From NCBI GenBank assembly GCA_021785935.1, contig JAJYOG010000006.1:2804-66803 (forward strand): a DNA stretch of 64,000 bases, written 5' to 3'. A program made the translations under genes and the position numbers. Within the stretch, counting starts at the first letter, position 1; every line of letters starts with the position of its first letter. This document shows, in pieces, positions 1-9,066 of this stretch. This stretch comes from Actinomycetes bacterium. Lineage in GTDB: Bacteria; Actinomycetota; Thermoleophilia; BMS3ABIN01. The notes under the pieces were generated by a model, which was not told the DNA's origin, ran no database searches, and worked only from the letters and a program-made list of their open reading frames with translations.

Positions 1-1
1 C

Positions 2-187
2 CAGAACTTCCTGGACAGGCAGTTGCCCGGGACGCAGGCCGGCGAGCCCGACCCCTTCTACGGCTATTACACCATCGAGATCAAGAAGGATGGTGACACT
101 TTGGGCATGCTTGGCGTTGATGGATACTACGGCCAAGTCTGGTTCCATTCCTGGCATGGCGCCTTCCTGAATGAAAAACGGTTCTAG
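2..187 (+). CDS. 3' end of hypothetical protein, running in from the window edge
   Basis: Open frame QNFLDRQLPG...FYGYYTIEI...GQVWFHSWHGAFLNEKRF ending TAG 185-187. Confidence 0.65.
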   Translation, partial: QNFLDRQLPGTQAGEPDPFYGYYTIEIKKDGDTLGMLGVDGYYGQVWFHSWHGAFLNEKRF

Positions 188-195
188 GTGCCGTT

Positions 196-242
196 TTATT
201 CCGCCGCATAAAACTCCAGACTCCTGTCTGGAGATGTAGCGG
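196..242. repeat. 47-bp hairpin element, copy 1 (IS200/IS605-end-like)
   Basis: TTATTCCGCCGCATAAAACTCCAGACTCCTGTCTGGAGATGTAGCGG, identical to 9472-9518; stem CTCCAGAC/GTCTGGAG. Confidence 0.75.
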
Positions 243-284
243 TAATAAAGCTCAACATTGTGATAGGCAAAGATGCCCCCATCT

Positions 285-590
285 CCTGCTGGGGTCTGGC
301 GGCAGTGGAAGCGCACTCGTACGCGGTCCAGGAACCTGATGCGGTTGGGACTGGGCGAAGAACGGGCGAGGAAGTCGGCCACCAATGGGCGTGGCCCCTG
401 GTGGAACGCTGGCGCCTCACACCTAAACCAGGCCTTGCCCAAGCAGTACTTCAATGCCATTGGTCTCGTGTTACGTGTCACTGAAAGATCAACTAAAGCG
501 ACTTCAATGTACAACGTGAACCGCCGTGTACGGAACCGTACGCACGGTGGTGTGGGAGGACGGGGGGCGTGAGCCCCCCTCCTACCCGGT
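285..590 (+). mobile_element. 5'-truncated group II intron (class IIC): maturase C-terminus plus domains V and VI
   Basis: Peptide WRQWKRTRTRSRNLMRLGL...NGRGPWWNAGASHLNQALP typical of intron RT C-terminus; DV GAACCGCCGTGTACGGAACCGTACGCACGGTGGTGT at 518-553; DVI ending CCTACCCG. Confidence 0.85.
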
Positions 591-626
591 CCCAATATCG
601 TAAACAGCCGACGGGAATCGAACCTT
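591..626. repeat. Cassette junction, left-arm motif copy 1
   Basis: CCAATATCGTAAACAGCCGACGGGAATCGAAC; core recurs at 2665, 4071 and 9183. Confidence 0.75.
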
Positions 627-752
627 CATCTCAATTGCTGTTCAGGGGGACGCGAAGCCCCTTATTAATTTTGGACAGAATGCTGGCAAATATATACGCA
701 GCATTCATAAGATGTCTACATGAAGATATAATGGCTTCCAAAAGGAATATTC

Positions 753-1079
753 ATGGGGAATCTGACAAAAAATGAGATAAAGGCCTTAACTGATTTCCGA
801 GATGCCTTGGTGGCGGACTTCGGGGCGCTAGACGTACGCCTTTTCGGTTCTCGTGCGCGCGGAGAGGGCGACAAAGAATCTGATCTGGATGTCTTCATCG
901 TTATTCCCCAAATCGACTGGGAGTTGGAGAAAAAAATTTACGGCCTTTCTTTTGATATCAGTCTGGAACGCGGTGTACTTATTTCTCCGATTCTCTATTC
1001 ACAAAGTGATATCGAAAATCCATCCATAATGATCTCGCCTCTTTTCCAGACAGTTCAAAGAGAGGGCATAAAGATTTGA
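753..1079 (+). CDS. Minimal nucleotidyltransferase (MNT) antitoxin
   Basis: LFGSRARG...SDLD motif, 108 aa, overlaps downstream HEPN gene. Confidence 0.9.
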   Translation: MGNLTKNEIKALTDFRDALVADFGALDVRLFGSRARGEGDKESDLDVFIVIPQIDWELEKKIYGLSFDISLERGVLISPILYSQSDIENPSIMISPLFQTVQREGIKI

Positions 1080-1468
1080 ATGATGACCTGAAGAGCCTCG
1101 TGGAATATCGACTTGATGAGGCCCACGAATCTATTGAAGAAGCAGTCCTTTTGCTGCAGGCTGGCAAATCACGCGGTGCTCTAAGCCGGGCGTATTATGC
1201 GATGTTCTACGCCACACTGGCGTTGCTCGCAATAAAAGAGCTGGGTGCATCAAAGCATTCGGGTGTAATTCGCCTGTTCCACGAACATTACGTGCAGGAT
1301 GGATCATTCGATAAGAAAATTGCACGCTCGCTGAGCATCGCCTTCGATCTCAGGAATAAATCAGATTATCGTGAGCTTACTTCACCATCCAGCGAACAAG
1401 CGCAAGACACATTGGAAGCTGCGAAAAAGTTTGTTGCCGAGGCAGAACGGGTCATCGAAATCACCTAG
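1076..1468 (+). CDS. HEPN domain protein (MNT-HEPN toxin-antitoxin pair)
   Basis: SRAYYAMFYA...SKHSGV...LRNKSDY signature. Confidence 0.9.
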   Translation: MNDDLKSLVEYRLDEAHESIEEAVLLLQAGKSRGALSRAYYAMFYATLALLAIKELGASKHSGVIRLFHEHYVQDGSFDKKIARSLSIAFDLRNKSDYRELTSPSSEQAQDTLEAAKKFVAEAERVIEIT

Positions 1469-1475
1469 AGGGCAT

Positions 1476-1604
1476 ATGGCACACAAACGAAAAGGACAAC
1501 TAACCCCCGCACCCCAATGGTGGAAGCACCTGCGCGATTGGAAGCGAGTCGCCAATAAACGTGAACGAAGGGCAGAAAAACAAGAGATCAAGAGGGGCGC
1601 CTGA
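1476..1604 (+). CDS. Basic 42-aa microprotein, copy 1
   Basis: MAHKRKGQLTPAPQWWKHLRDWKRVANKRERRAEKQEIKRGA; paralog at 3338-3469 differs mostly at synonymous sites. Confidence 0.8.
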   Translation: MAHKRKGQLTPAPQWWKHLRDWKRVANKRERRAEKQEIKRGA

Positions 1605-1606
1605 GA

Positions 1607-2515
1607 ATGGCTATCCCAGCTTTTCAAGATCTAATGTTGCCGTTGCTGCAATTTGCGAGCGACGGCCAAGAGCATACGCCGCGTGAAACAGTTGAAACAC
1701 TGGCGAATGAATTCTCGCTGACCGAGGCGGACCGGCAGGAACTGCTGCCCAGCGGCCGGCAGGCGACTTTTGATAACCGGGTAGCTTGGGCTAAAGCTCA
1801 TATGAAAATGGCAGGCCTCTTAAGCTCACCAAAGAGAGGTATTTACAGGATAACCGATCGCGGTCAGGAGGTTGTTAAGCAAGCGCCGCAAAGAGTTGAT
1901 CTGAGATTTCTTGGGCAGTTTCCGGAATATATAGAAGCCAGAACGAAAAAGAAGGGCGCCGATAATCTCTCCGATGAGATCGAGGAAAAGACAGGCAGGA
2001 CTCCGGAAGAGTCCATGGAAGCCGCATACAGACATATCAACAACGATCTTGAAAGTGAAATACTGCAAACCATTAAAAGCTGCTCGCCACGGTTTTTTGA
2101 ACTGCTGGTTGTCGATTTGATTGTCAGGATGGGATATGGTGGCTCCCGGCAGGACGCAGGCAAGGCAGTTGGCAAAAGCGCCGATGGTGGAATCGACGGA
2201 ATCATCAAGGAAGACAAGTTAGGCTTGGATAACGTGTATATTCAGGCCAAGAAATGGGAGAACTCTGTCAGCCGGCCGGAGATACAAAAATTTGCTGGCG
2301 CGCTACAGGGCCATCGAGCGAGAAAAGGAATATTTATCACAACTTCTTCATTCACAAACGGCGCCAGGGAATACGTAGCCGGGATTGAAAGCAAGATAGT
2401 TCTGATTGACGGCGATGAGCTGGCCGAGCTGATGATTGATTTCGATGTGGGTGTTTCGACTTTAGCGTCTTATAATGTGAAAAAAATTGATATGGACTAT
2501 TTCACGGAAGATTAA
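1607..2515 (+). CDS. mrr: Mrr type IV restriction endonuclease
   Basis: N-terminal MAIPAFQDLMLPLL and NRVAWA; catalytic DGGIDGII...YIQAKKW. Confidence 0.92.
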   Translation: MAIPAFQDLMLPLLQFASDGQEHTPRETVETLANEFSLTEADRQELLPSGRQATFDNRVAWAKAHMKMAGLLSSPKRGIYRITDRGQEVVKQAPQRVDLRFLGQFPEYIEARTKKKGADNLSDEIEEKTGRTPEESMEAAYRHINNDLESEILQTIKSCSPRFFELLVVDLIVRMGYGGSRQDAGKAVGKSADGGIDGIIKEDKLGLDNVYIQAKKWENSVSRPEIQKFAGALQGHRARKGIFITTSSFTNGAREYVAGIESKIVLIDGDELAELMIDFDVGVSTLASYNVKKIDMDYFTED

Positions 2516-2535
2516 CGACTTGCGTTGGCAATCCG

Positions 2536-2685
2536 TTCCAACCGGCTCAAAATATTAACCTCAAAGTACGAATACCGTTGCACCGCCTCCACCATGTTTC
2601 GCATCTCTGAAAATGCCTTGTATAAGGCATTTCTTATTGCCCGATATCGTCCAATTTCGTAAGAAGCCGACGGGAATCGAACTTT
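2536..2685. repeat. Complete cassette junction: right arm, tRNA/tmRNA-like 3' end, hairpin, left arm
   Basis: TTCCAACCGGCTCAAAATATTAACC...CGAATACCGTTGCACCGCCTCCACCA, hairpin AAATGCCTTG/AAGGCATTT, then AGCCGACGGGAATCGAACTTT. Confidence 0.8.
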
Positions 2686-2775
2686 CCGGTCAGCCATATT
2701 TCAAGAGGGAACGGCGGTGTTATAAACTCGTTTGATAAAATATGGCTGGGCCGGCAACAAAACGGGGGTCATCGG

Positions 2776-2961
2776 ATGAAAATCAGGGATTTGATCAGGC
2801 GGATCGAGGAAGATGGCTGGCAGCAGACGAGGACCAGAGGAAGTCACCGTCAGTTTCGGCATCCTACAAAGAATGGAACCGTAACCATCGCTGGAAAGCC
2901 AGGCTCAGATATTCCTCCCGGCACAATGGCGAGCATTCTCAAGCAGGCTGGGCTAAAATAG
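2776..2961 (+). CDS. hicA: HicA family toxin
   Basis: DGW...RGSHRQFRHP...GTMASILKQAGL, 61 aa. Confidence 0.92.
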   Translation: MKIRDLIRRIEEDGWQQTRTRGSHRQFRHPTKNGTVTIAGKPGSDIPPGTMASILKQAGLK

Positions 2962-2980
2962 GGTTCGTGGAAAGGAGCGA

Positions 2981-3202
2981 ATGATGAAATATATGGTCGT
3001 TATTGAAAAGGGAGAGGCCGGTTATGGGGCACATGTTCCGGATTTGCCCGGCTGTATCGCTGCCGGTGAAACGCGGGATGAAGCCTTGGAACTAATCAAG
3101 GAAGCGATTGAATTCCATATCGAAGGACTTCTTGAAGTTGGTGAGCCTGTTCCGCCTCCGTCCTCAACTGGCGAACTGATTGAAGTTGATACCGCAGCAT
3201 AA
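2981..3202 (+). CDS. hicB: HicB family antitoxin
   Basis: YGAHVPDLPGCIAAGETRDEALELIKEAIEFHIEG. Confidence 0.92.
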   Translation: MMKYMVVIEKGEAGYGAHVPDLPGCIAAGETRDEALELIKEAIEFHIEGLLEVGEPVPPPSSTGELIEVDTAA

Positions 3203-3224
3203 CTGGCACACTACCCGAATTCAG

Positions 3225-3337
3225 ATGAACGAAAAAGATTTTGAAAAACTAAAGACGAGTGTGCGCCAGGCGGGCAAAATACGCCAAGGCAAAATGAAAC
3301 CGCGCAGGGTTTATAAATCCAAAGTTGTATACAAGAA
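3225..3337 (+). pseudogene. N-terminal remnant of an XRE/HigA-like antitoxin
   Basis: MNEKDFEKLKTSVRQAGKIRQGKMKP resembles the start of such antitoxins; HTH part missing. Confidence 0.5.
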
Positions 3338-3469
3338 ATGGCACATAAGCGAAAAGGACAGCTGACTGCCGCGCCCCAGTGGTGGAAACACTTGCGCGAC
3401 TGGAAACGCGTCGCCAATAAGCGGGAGCGCAAATCAGAAAAAGAATGGATCGAAAGAGATCACTCGTAG
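3338..3469 (+). CDS. Basic 43-aa microprotein, copy 2
   Basis: MAHKRKGQLTAAPQWWKHLRDWKRVANKRERKSEKEWIERDHS; missing from the ORF track. Confidence 0.8.
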   Translation: MAHKRKGQLTAAPQWWKHLRDWKRVANKRERKSEKEWIERDHS

Positions 3470-3688
3470 ATGATCATAATTTTCGGTGTGATTTCACTGA
3501 CGTTCATGATGGTAATGTATGCGCTGGAGCCGCGAGGTCGCGGCTTCGTCTTGGCCTTCGCCGCAGGGTGTGCGTTGTCCAGCACTTATGGGTTTCTTTC
3601 GGGAGCATGGCCGTTCGGGGTCGTCGAGGCTATCTGGTGCTTCATCGCGATCAGGCGCTTCGCATCTTCTGAATCAGGTGCTTTCTGA
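3470..3688 (+). CDS. Small membrane protein
   Basis: 72 aa, three hydrophobic segments, starts directly after the previous stop. Confidence 0.75.
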   Translation: MIIIFGVISLTFMMVMYALEPRGRGFVLAFAAGCALSSTYGFLSGAWPFGVVEAIWCFIAIRRFASSESGAF

Positions 3689-3777
3689 CCAAAGGAGATT
3701 CCGGCATGGATTTGGTGATTGCTACCTTACTGAATCTTCATGCTGCGCGTTCAGTTGGAAATCTGCTTCATCGCCCT

Positions 3778-3860
3778 TTCCAACCGGCTCAGAATATTAA
3801 CCTCCAAGTTCGAATACCGTTGCACCGCCTCCACCATTTTCCAATCCTCTAATAATGCCT
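3778..3860. repeat. Cassette junction, right arm copy 2
   Basis: TTCCAACCGGCTCAGAATATTAACCTCCAAGTTCGAATACCGTTGCACCGCCTCCACCA. Confidence 0.8.
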
Positions 3861-4070
3861 ATTTCTTTATCAGCCAATTAAGATAAAGGCATGCTTGGGA
3901 GTGCAGAGCCAACTAAAGGCCAATTGTCAATTGCATGAGTATCGCCATGCCAAGACGAATTCAAGGAGGAAACAATGACCGGCGACGAGCCCAGCGACCA
4001 AAACGGCCACGGCCCCGGCCCCAAAACCCATGAACGCCGTTTTCACGGTCAGCCGGAGCGGTTGCGCTCG
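3858..4070 (+). pseudogene. Duplicated fragment: TauE 3' end plus methyltransferase 5' end
   Basis: Near-identical to about 7807-7862 and 8354-8511, without the intervening IS200. Confidence 0.8.
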
Positions 4071-4090
4071 AGCCGGCGGGAATCGAACTT
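4071..4090. repeat. Cassette junction, left-arm motif copy 3
   Basis: AGCCGGCGGGAATCGAACTT. Confidence 0.7.
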
Positions 4091-4125
4091 CTGGCCTACT
4101 CAGTCGTTCTTATAATGAACGTTTC

Positions 4126-5559
4126 TTAACCCCGAAGAGAGATCACAAGGGTCACTATCAGGATAAGCGAGCTGAGAACCATGAATATAGTGGCTATGGA
4201 CCCGAATATTTTAACCCATAGAGGATTTGTATGTACTCGCATGATGGCGCGGCTGTTGCCAATGTTGAATATGAACACCAGCAAGATCGATGCTACAAAG
4301 CCGTTGATGACAGCCGTGTAGTAGAGAGCCGTTATGGGGTTGATGCCAATGAAATTCATCAGCATGCCTACGAGCGTTGAGATGATGATGACGCCGTAAA
4401 ATCCGTGCGCTCGTCTGAACTTAAGACTAAGGCCTTCGGGCAGTTTCAGCACCTCGGAGATAGCATACGCTGAAGCTGCGGCCATCACCGGGATCGCCAG
4501 TAAGCCGGTGCCTACGATACCGAGTGTGAAGATCAATCCTGAAAAGTTGCCAGCCAGTGGTGTAAGCGCTGCCGCTGCATCAGACGCCGATGCGATGTTG
4601 GTGATTCCTTTGTCATGCAACACGAACGCCGTTGTGATGACGATAAACAGGAAAACCAGGTTGGCGACCGACATCCCGCGCAAGGTGTCCCACCGCATGG
4701 CCTTAATCTCGGCTGAGATAATAGCGGCGCGTCTGTCTTCAAGGACGTGCTTGTCCCTCTCCTCCTCTACCTCCTCCGAGGCCTGCCAGAAAAAAAGATA
4801 CGGGGAGATGGTGGTGCCCACGATCGCCACAACGGCAGTCATAAAATTGAGGTTCAGCATGATCTTGGGCACAAGGATGGACCTGGCTATCTGGAGCCAG
4901 TCTGGCCTGATTACAATTGCCGTTACTAGATATGCAACCAGCGACAGCACCAGCCAGCGCAGAACATAAGAGTAACGGTGGTATGAAACGAAGACCTCAA
5001 GGCTGATCATCACCACCGTGAACAGGACCGCGGCCAGGAAGAAGTTGATACCGCTGATAAGATTTGCTGACGCTGCCATCGCGCCTATGTCTGCGCCGAT
5101 ATTGATAGTGTTGGCAGTAAGCAGCAGGATGACGAGAACCAACATGGTCCTGCCGCCGAACTTCATTTTCAGCGCGCCGGCCAGCCCCTTGCCAGTAACG
5201 ATGCCGATGCGGGCACAGGTTTCCTGGACGGCCGTCATCAGTGGCAGCAGGTAGAGCGCCAGCCATGCCAGTCCCAGGCCGAAAAGGGCACCGACTGTAG
5301 AATAGGTGCCGATGCCGGATGGGTCATCATCAGCGGCACCGGTGATAACTCCCGGGCCAAGCTTTTTCAGGAAGGATATTCGCGCTCGCTTACGCACGCT
5401 TCTCGGCTGTTGCATGAAATCCCGGATGCTTTTCTCGGTGACATAGATGGCGCCATCCTTGATCACGGATTCCAGGCGGTTGTGGAGCATCAGATATTTG
5501 GCATAACGAAAAGGTATGCGAAATTCTTTTTCCAGCTGCTGGAACGAATAAAGCTTCAT
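4126..5559 (-). CDS. Nramp family divalent metal transporter with N-terminal soluble extension
   Basis: LGPGVITGAADDDPSGIGTYS and GTTISPYLFFWQ motifs; probable start MKLYSF at 5559 (track extends to 5703). Confidence 0.88.
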   Translation of the reverse strand: MKLYSFQQLEKEFRIPFRYAKYLMLHNRLESVIKDGAIYVTEKSIRDFMQQPRSVRKRARISFLKKLGPGVITGAADDDPSGIGTYSTVGALFGLGLAWLALYLLPLMTAVQETCARIGIVTGKGLAGALKMKFGGRTMLVLVILLLTANTINIGADIGAMAASANLISGINFFLAAVLFTVVMISLEVFVSYHRYSYVLRWLVLSLVAYLVTAIVIRPDWLQIARSILVPKIMLNLNFMTAVVAIVGTTISPYLFFWQASEEVEEERDKHVLEDRRAAIISAEIKAMRWDTLRGMSVANLVFLFIVITTAFVLHDKGITNIASASDAAAALTPLAGNFSGLIFTLGIVGTGLLAIPVMAAASAYAISEVLKLPEGLSLKFRRAHGFYGVIIISTLVGMLMNFIGINPITALYYTAVINGFVASILLVFIFNIGNSRAIMRVHTNPLWVKIFGSIATIFMVLSSLILIVTLVISLRG

Positions 5560-5963
5560 GACTTGCCTTATACCCTGCTTAACCCAATCCTTAATCAATG
5601 CCAAGATGAGCTGGTTCGAATATCTCGGACACGTTTCTGAGCCACCTGCCAGTATTTGACGGCCACCCTGACGGCTAAGGGAATCAGTCGCAAGCACAAA
5701 CAATGGAAATCATGGAATTTCCGCTCCGCAGAATCCCCGCAAATAGAAAACCCTGGCAAGTAATGGAAGCTTCTCTCAGCATCTCATAATCGGCCGGCCG
5801 CTGGTCCGAGTCCAACTGGGCCCACCAAAAATCACTCCTTAAGAATTCCTTGTTTTTTCAAGCATTCTCGGAGATTGACGCTATTGCAGAGGAAACGGGG
5901 TAACTCCAACTCCAACTCCAACTCATCTGCACGTTTTTCTTAGGCAGGAATCTTCCGGAGTTA

Positions 5964-7412
5964 TCACACGGCAACGAATGTGCCCCTGAGTTCTGCATGA
6001 AGGGGACGATGCACTGATAGATATTTTCGCATTGCATAAATAATCCGATCAGGCTGATTTTCGCGAATGCGGCCATATTTTGGAGGTACCCCTTGCGGAG
6101 TGACGAATGCCGCTGTATAGTTCCGGCCGGGCTGAACCTCTTCAGTGCCTGCAAACAGTTTTTGAATACGGTGTCCCGGGGGGTTCTCTATCTTGAAGTA
6201 GACATTAAGACCGAGACAGCGCTTGACATATCCTCCCATCTGATGATACGGATCGCATGAAAACGTCCTTTCAAGGTTCTCCTCCAGCATCGCCCTGATT
6301 TCCTCTCCTGTTAGCTCTACTGTTGAGACAGGCGGGTTCATGGGAATAATGTTGTAAAGGTCATTCAAGGTTATCTGCCCTGGAACTATTGGTGCGCCGT
6401 AGCGCCAGCCATTCGAAAATGCCAATTGCGCCCCCGTATTTTCGAGCAGGGCCTGAAGGAGGAAGTTGTCCATAGTAGCTTCCAGAGTTGTTCCCCTGTT
6501 GAGCGCTGTGACAGTTTCACCGACAACCTCTGAGAAATCATTCTTGTAGGGTGCGAGCGCTTGTTTTATCAGTTCATCTACTGTGGGGTCAGGTTGCATG
6601 GTTGCTTCAACCTCAATCAGCCGGTGCCGGTAATCGACGATTCGTCCACCATCCATCTCCAGGTCCAGGCGACCCAAAAAAGAACCATGGCAGCCTGACT
6701 GAATAACAATGGTTTTCCCATTGAGAACCGGTTTATCAAAACGGTTATGGGTGTGGCCGCTGAGACAAATATCGATGCCGTGCACCTCGGACAAAAGCTT
6801 CATCTCCTGAGGGAACCCGAGGTGCGAGACCAAGACGATGAGGTCTGCCTTTTCTTGAGTGCGTAGCACATCAATAATTGGCGGAAGTTCATCCTTTCCC
6901 AGGGTAAAAGATATGCCTTCGCTGTAGGAAGATGGCATGGTTTTATCCACGATATTTGAGGCTATCCCCACAAGGCCGATCCGTAATCCGCCGATCTCTT
7001 TTACGACATACGCCCGAAAGACCGGCTTGTTTGTCTCTTTATCGTAGACATTGTTTGCCACCACCGGATAATTAAGCTCGGAGACCCGCTGCTGGAATAC
7101 CTTTGGGCCATAAGCAAATTCCCAGTGTGCCGTCATGGCATCAAGCCCCAGCGAATTCAAAACAGGGATCAAAGCCTGTCCCTGGGTGTTCAAGGCGGGA
7201 TAAGTGCCGTGCATGGTATCGCCGCAGTCGCAAAAGAGAATCCGTCCCTGGCTCTCAGCCCCAATCTGTTTTACGATCGCAGCGATGCGGGCGTAACCTC
7301 CCGCAGGACGGTATACAGCGCGGCCGCCCTGCCAGAACATTTCCTGGTGTAAATCAAAATAAGCGTGGCTATCGTTCATTTGAACTATTGTGAGTTCGTT
7401 ACTCCCGCTCAT
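5964..7412 (-). CDS. Metallophosphatase/5'-nucleotidase family protein (SoxB-like)
   Basis: MNDSHA, DCGDTMHG, HWEF, LSGHTH motifs plus C-terminal 5'-nucleotidase domain; no signal peptide. Confidence 0.85.
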   Translation of the reverse strand: MSGSNELTIVQMNDSHAYFDLHQEMFWQGGRAVYRPAGGYARIAAIVKQIGAESQGRILFCDCGDTMHGTYPALNTQGQALIPVLNSLGLDAMTAHWEFAYGPKVFQQRVSELNYPVVANNVYDKETNKPVFRAYVVKEIGGLRIGLVGIASNIVDKTMPSSYSEGISFTLGKDELPPIIDVLRTQEKADLIVLVSHLGFPQEMKLLSEVHGIDICLSGHTHNRFDKPVLNGKTIVIQSGCHGSFLGRLDLEMDGGRIVDYRHRLIEVEATMQPDPTVDELIKQALAPYKNDFSEVVGETVTALNRGTTLEATMDNFLLQALLENTGAQLAFSNGWRYGAPIVPGQITLNDLYNIIPMNPPVSTVELTGEEIRAMLEENLERTFSCDPYHQMGGYVKRCLGLNVYFKIENPPGHRIQKLFAGTEEVQPGRNYTAAFVTPQGVPPKYGRIRENQPDRIIYAMRKYLSVHRPLHAELRGTFVAV

Positions 7413-7644
7413 TCTTCTCCCCTCCTTCCGTTAGTTCATTGTATCCTTTTGGGCGGATTCAACTCCCGCAAATTAGGAACCGAACAGCGGTGGTGCTGGC
7501 TCTCGTGGGGATAGATTTTATCGTCAAGGATTTCACAGAAAAAACCCTGGTAATCAGCAAGCCAAGAAAGAGGGCGTCCGTCTGCGGATAAAGGAGGCCT
7601 TTGCCACTTCCTTCCCACTGGTACTGATTCTGGCTCTACCCGTA

Positions 7645-7833
7645 CGTGCCGTTCATCTCGCCTTGGGTCACGTGGACCTGGCAACGATGGCATCGATGGC
7701 GATCGGCGTTGTTCCGATGGCCTTTATCGGCGCCAAGCTGGACATCAACACCTGATCAAAGATGGTTATGCTCCTTTATGGTGTGGTCATGCTTGTTTTT
7801 GCCGTCTATTTCTTTATCAGCCAATTAAGATAA
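7645..7833 (+). pseudogene. TauE/SafE sulfite-exporter C-terminal remnant
   Basis: HLALGHVDLATMASMAIGVVPMAFIGAKLDINT*SKMVMLLYG... with internal stop and no 5' part. Confidence 0.6.
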
Positions 7834-7873
7834 TGCCATGCGGGGGTTAGAGCCAATCAAGGGGGCTAATAAT

Positions 7874-8346
7874 CCCGGGTAAACCCCCGGCTGTGCCGGG
7901 GGACTCCCAGGGTTTGACGTTTCCGGGAGTATAAGAGAGAGTCTCTCACCGTGAACCGCTCAAAGTTTACTGAAAGGAGACCCTCATAAACGATTTTAAG
8001 AACTTAAGCCACACGGCGTGGGATTGCAAGTACCATGTGGTCTGGATTCCGAAATACCGCAAGAGGGTGCTGTACGGTCAGATCAGGAAGAACCTGGGAG
8101 AGGTATTAAGGGAGCTGGCCAGAAGAAGAGAGAGCCTGACCCAAGGAGGGACATCTGATGGCGGATCACGTGCACATGCTGATCGCCATTCCTCCGAAGT
8201 TCGCAGTAGTGCAGGTGGTGGGTTTCATCAACGGAAAAAGCGCCATCCACATCGCCAGGACGTACTGCGGCAGGCGGCAGAACTTCACGGGTCAGAATTT
8301 CTGGGCCAGAGGAAAACAAGCCTCTGGCTCTGCCGGAGGTCATGAC
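7874..8346 (+). mobile_element. tnpA: Degenerate IS200/IS605-family element, tnpA pseudogene
   Basis: LSHTAWDCKYHVVWIPKYR, frameshift, DHVHML (HUH), FWARG then truncated; end hairpins CCCCCGGC/GCCGGGGG and CCTCTGGC/GCCGGAGG. Confidence 0.88.
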
Positions 8347-8397
8347 TGCCCTTTTGCATGAGTATCGCCATGCCAAGACGAATTCAAGGAGGAAACA

Positions 8398-9009
8398 ATG
8401 ACCGGCGACGAGCCCAGCGACCAAAACGGCCACGACCCCGGCCACGACCCCGGCCACGACCCCAAAACCCATGAACGCCGTTTTCACGGTCACCCGGAGC
8501 GGTTACGCTCGCCCGAGAGGCTGGCCTTGCTGGAGGTGGATCGCGTGGTCGCATTGAGCCTGGAGGGACTTCAGGCAAATAGCGTTCTGGACGAAGGCTG
8601 CGGCACGGGTCTATTTACCGAGGCATTCATAAACGCGGGCGTGGACGCGACCGGAATTGACGCCAATGCAGAAATATTAGCTATCGCCCGTAGTCAGGTG
8701 CCGGCGGCCCGGTTCCGGGAAGCTCCGGCGGAAAAGCTGCCTTTTGACGCAGGCGCCTTCGATCTGGTGTTTCTTGGCCACTTGCTGCATGAAACCGACG
8801 AGCCACTGGCGGCGCTAAAGGAGGCGCGCCGGGTGGCAAAAGGCAGGGTAGTGGTGCTGGAATGGCCCTACCGGCGCGAAGAGCAGGGGCCACTGCTGGC
8901 GCACCGGCTGCGGCCGGAGGCGATTGAAGATCTCGCCCATCAGGCGGGTTTGGGCGAGGCAGAGCGCATCCAGCTTAAGCACATGGACCTCTATCGGTTT
9001 GAGCCCTGA
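8398..9009 (+). CDS. Class I SAM-dependent methyltransferase
   Basis: VLDEGCGTG and LPFDAGAFDLV motifs; RBS AAGGAGG; N-terminal GHDP repeats. Confidence 0.88.
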   Translation: MTGDEPSDQNGHDPGHDPGHDPKTHERRFHGHPERLRSPERLALLEVDRVVALSLEGLQANSVLDEGCGTGLFTEAFINAGVDATGIDANAEILAIARSQVPAARFREAPAEKLPFDAGAFDLVFLGHLLHETDEPLAALKEARRVAKGRVVVLEWPYRREEQGPLLAHRLRPEAIEDLAHQAGLGEAERIQLKHMDLYRFEP

Positions 9010-9066
9010 CCGGTAGATCGCGCGGCGTTGCGGCTGCATTCAAGCGGTAACCCACCGTGTGACTCG

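Noticed and set aside
2560-2685. Complete tRNA or tmRNA gene at the junctions
   Set aside because: Only 3'-end and T-arm-like fragments; no D-arm or anticodon arm
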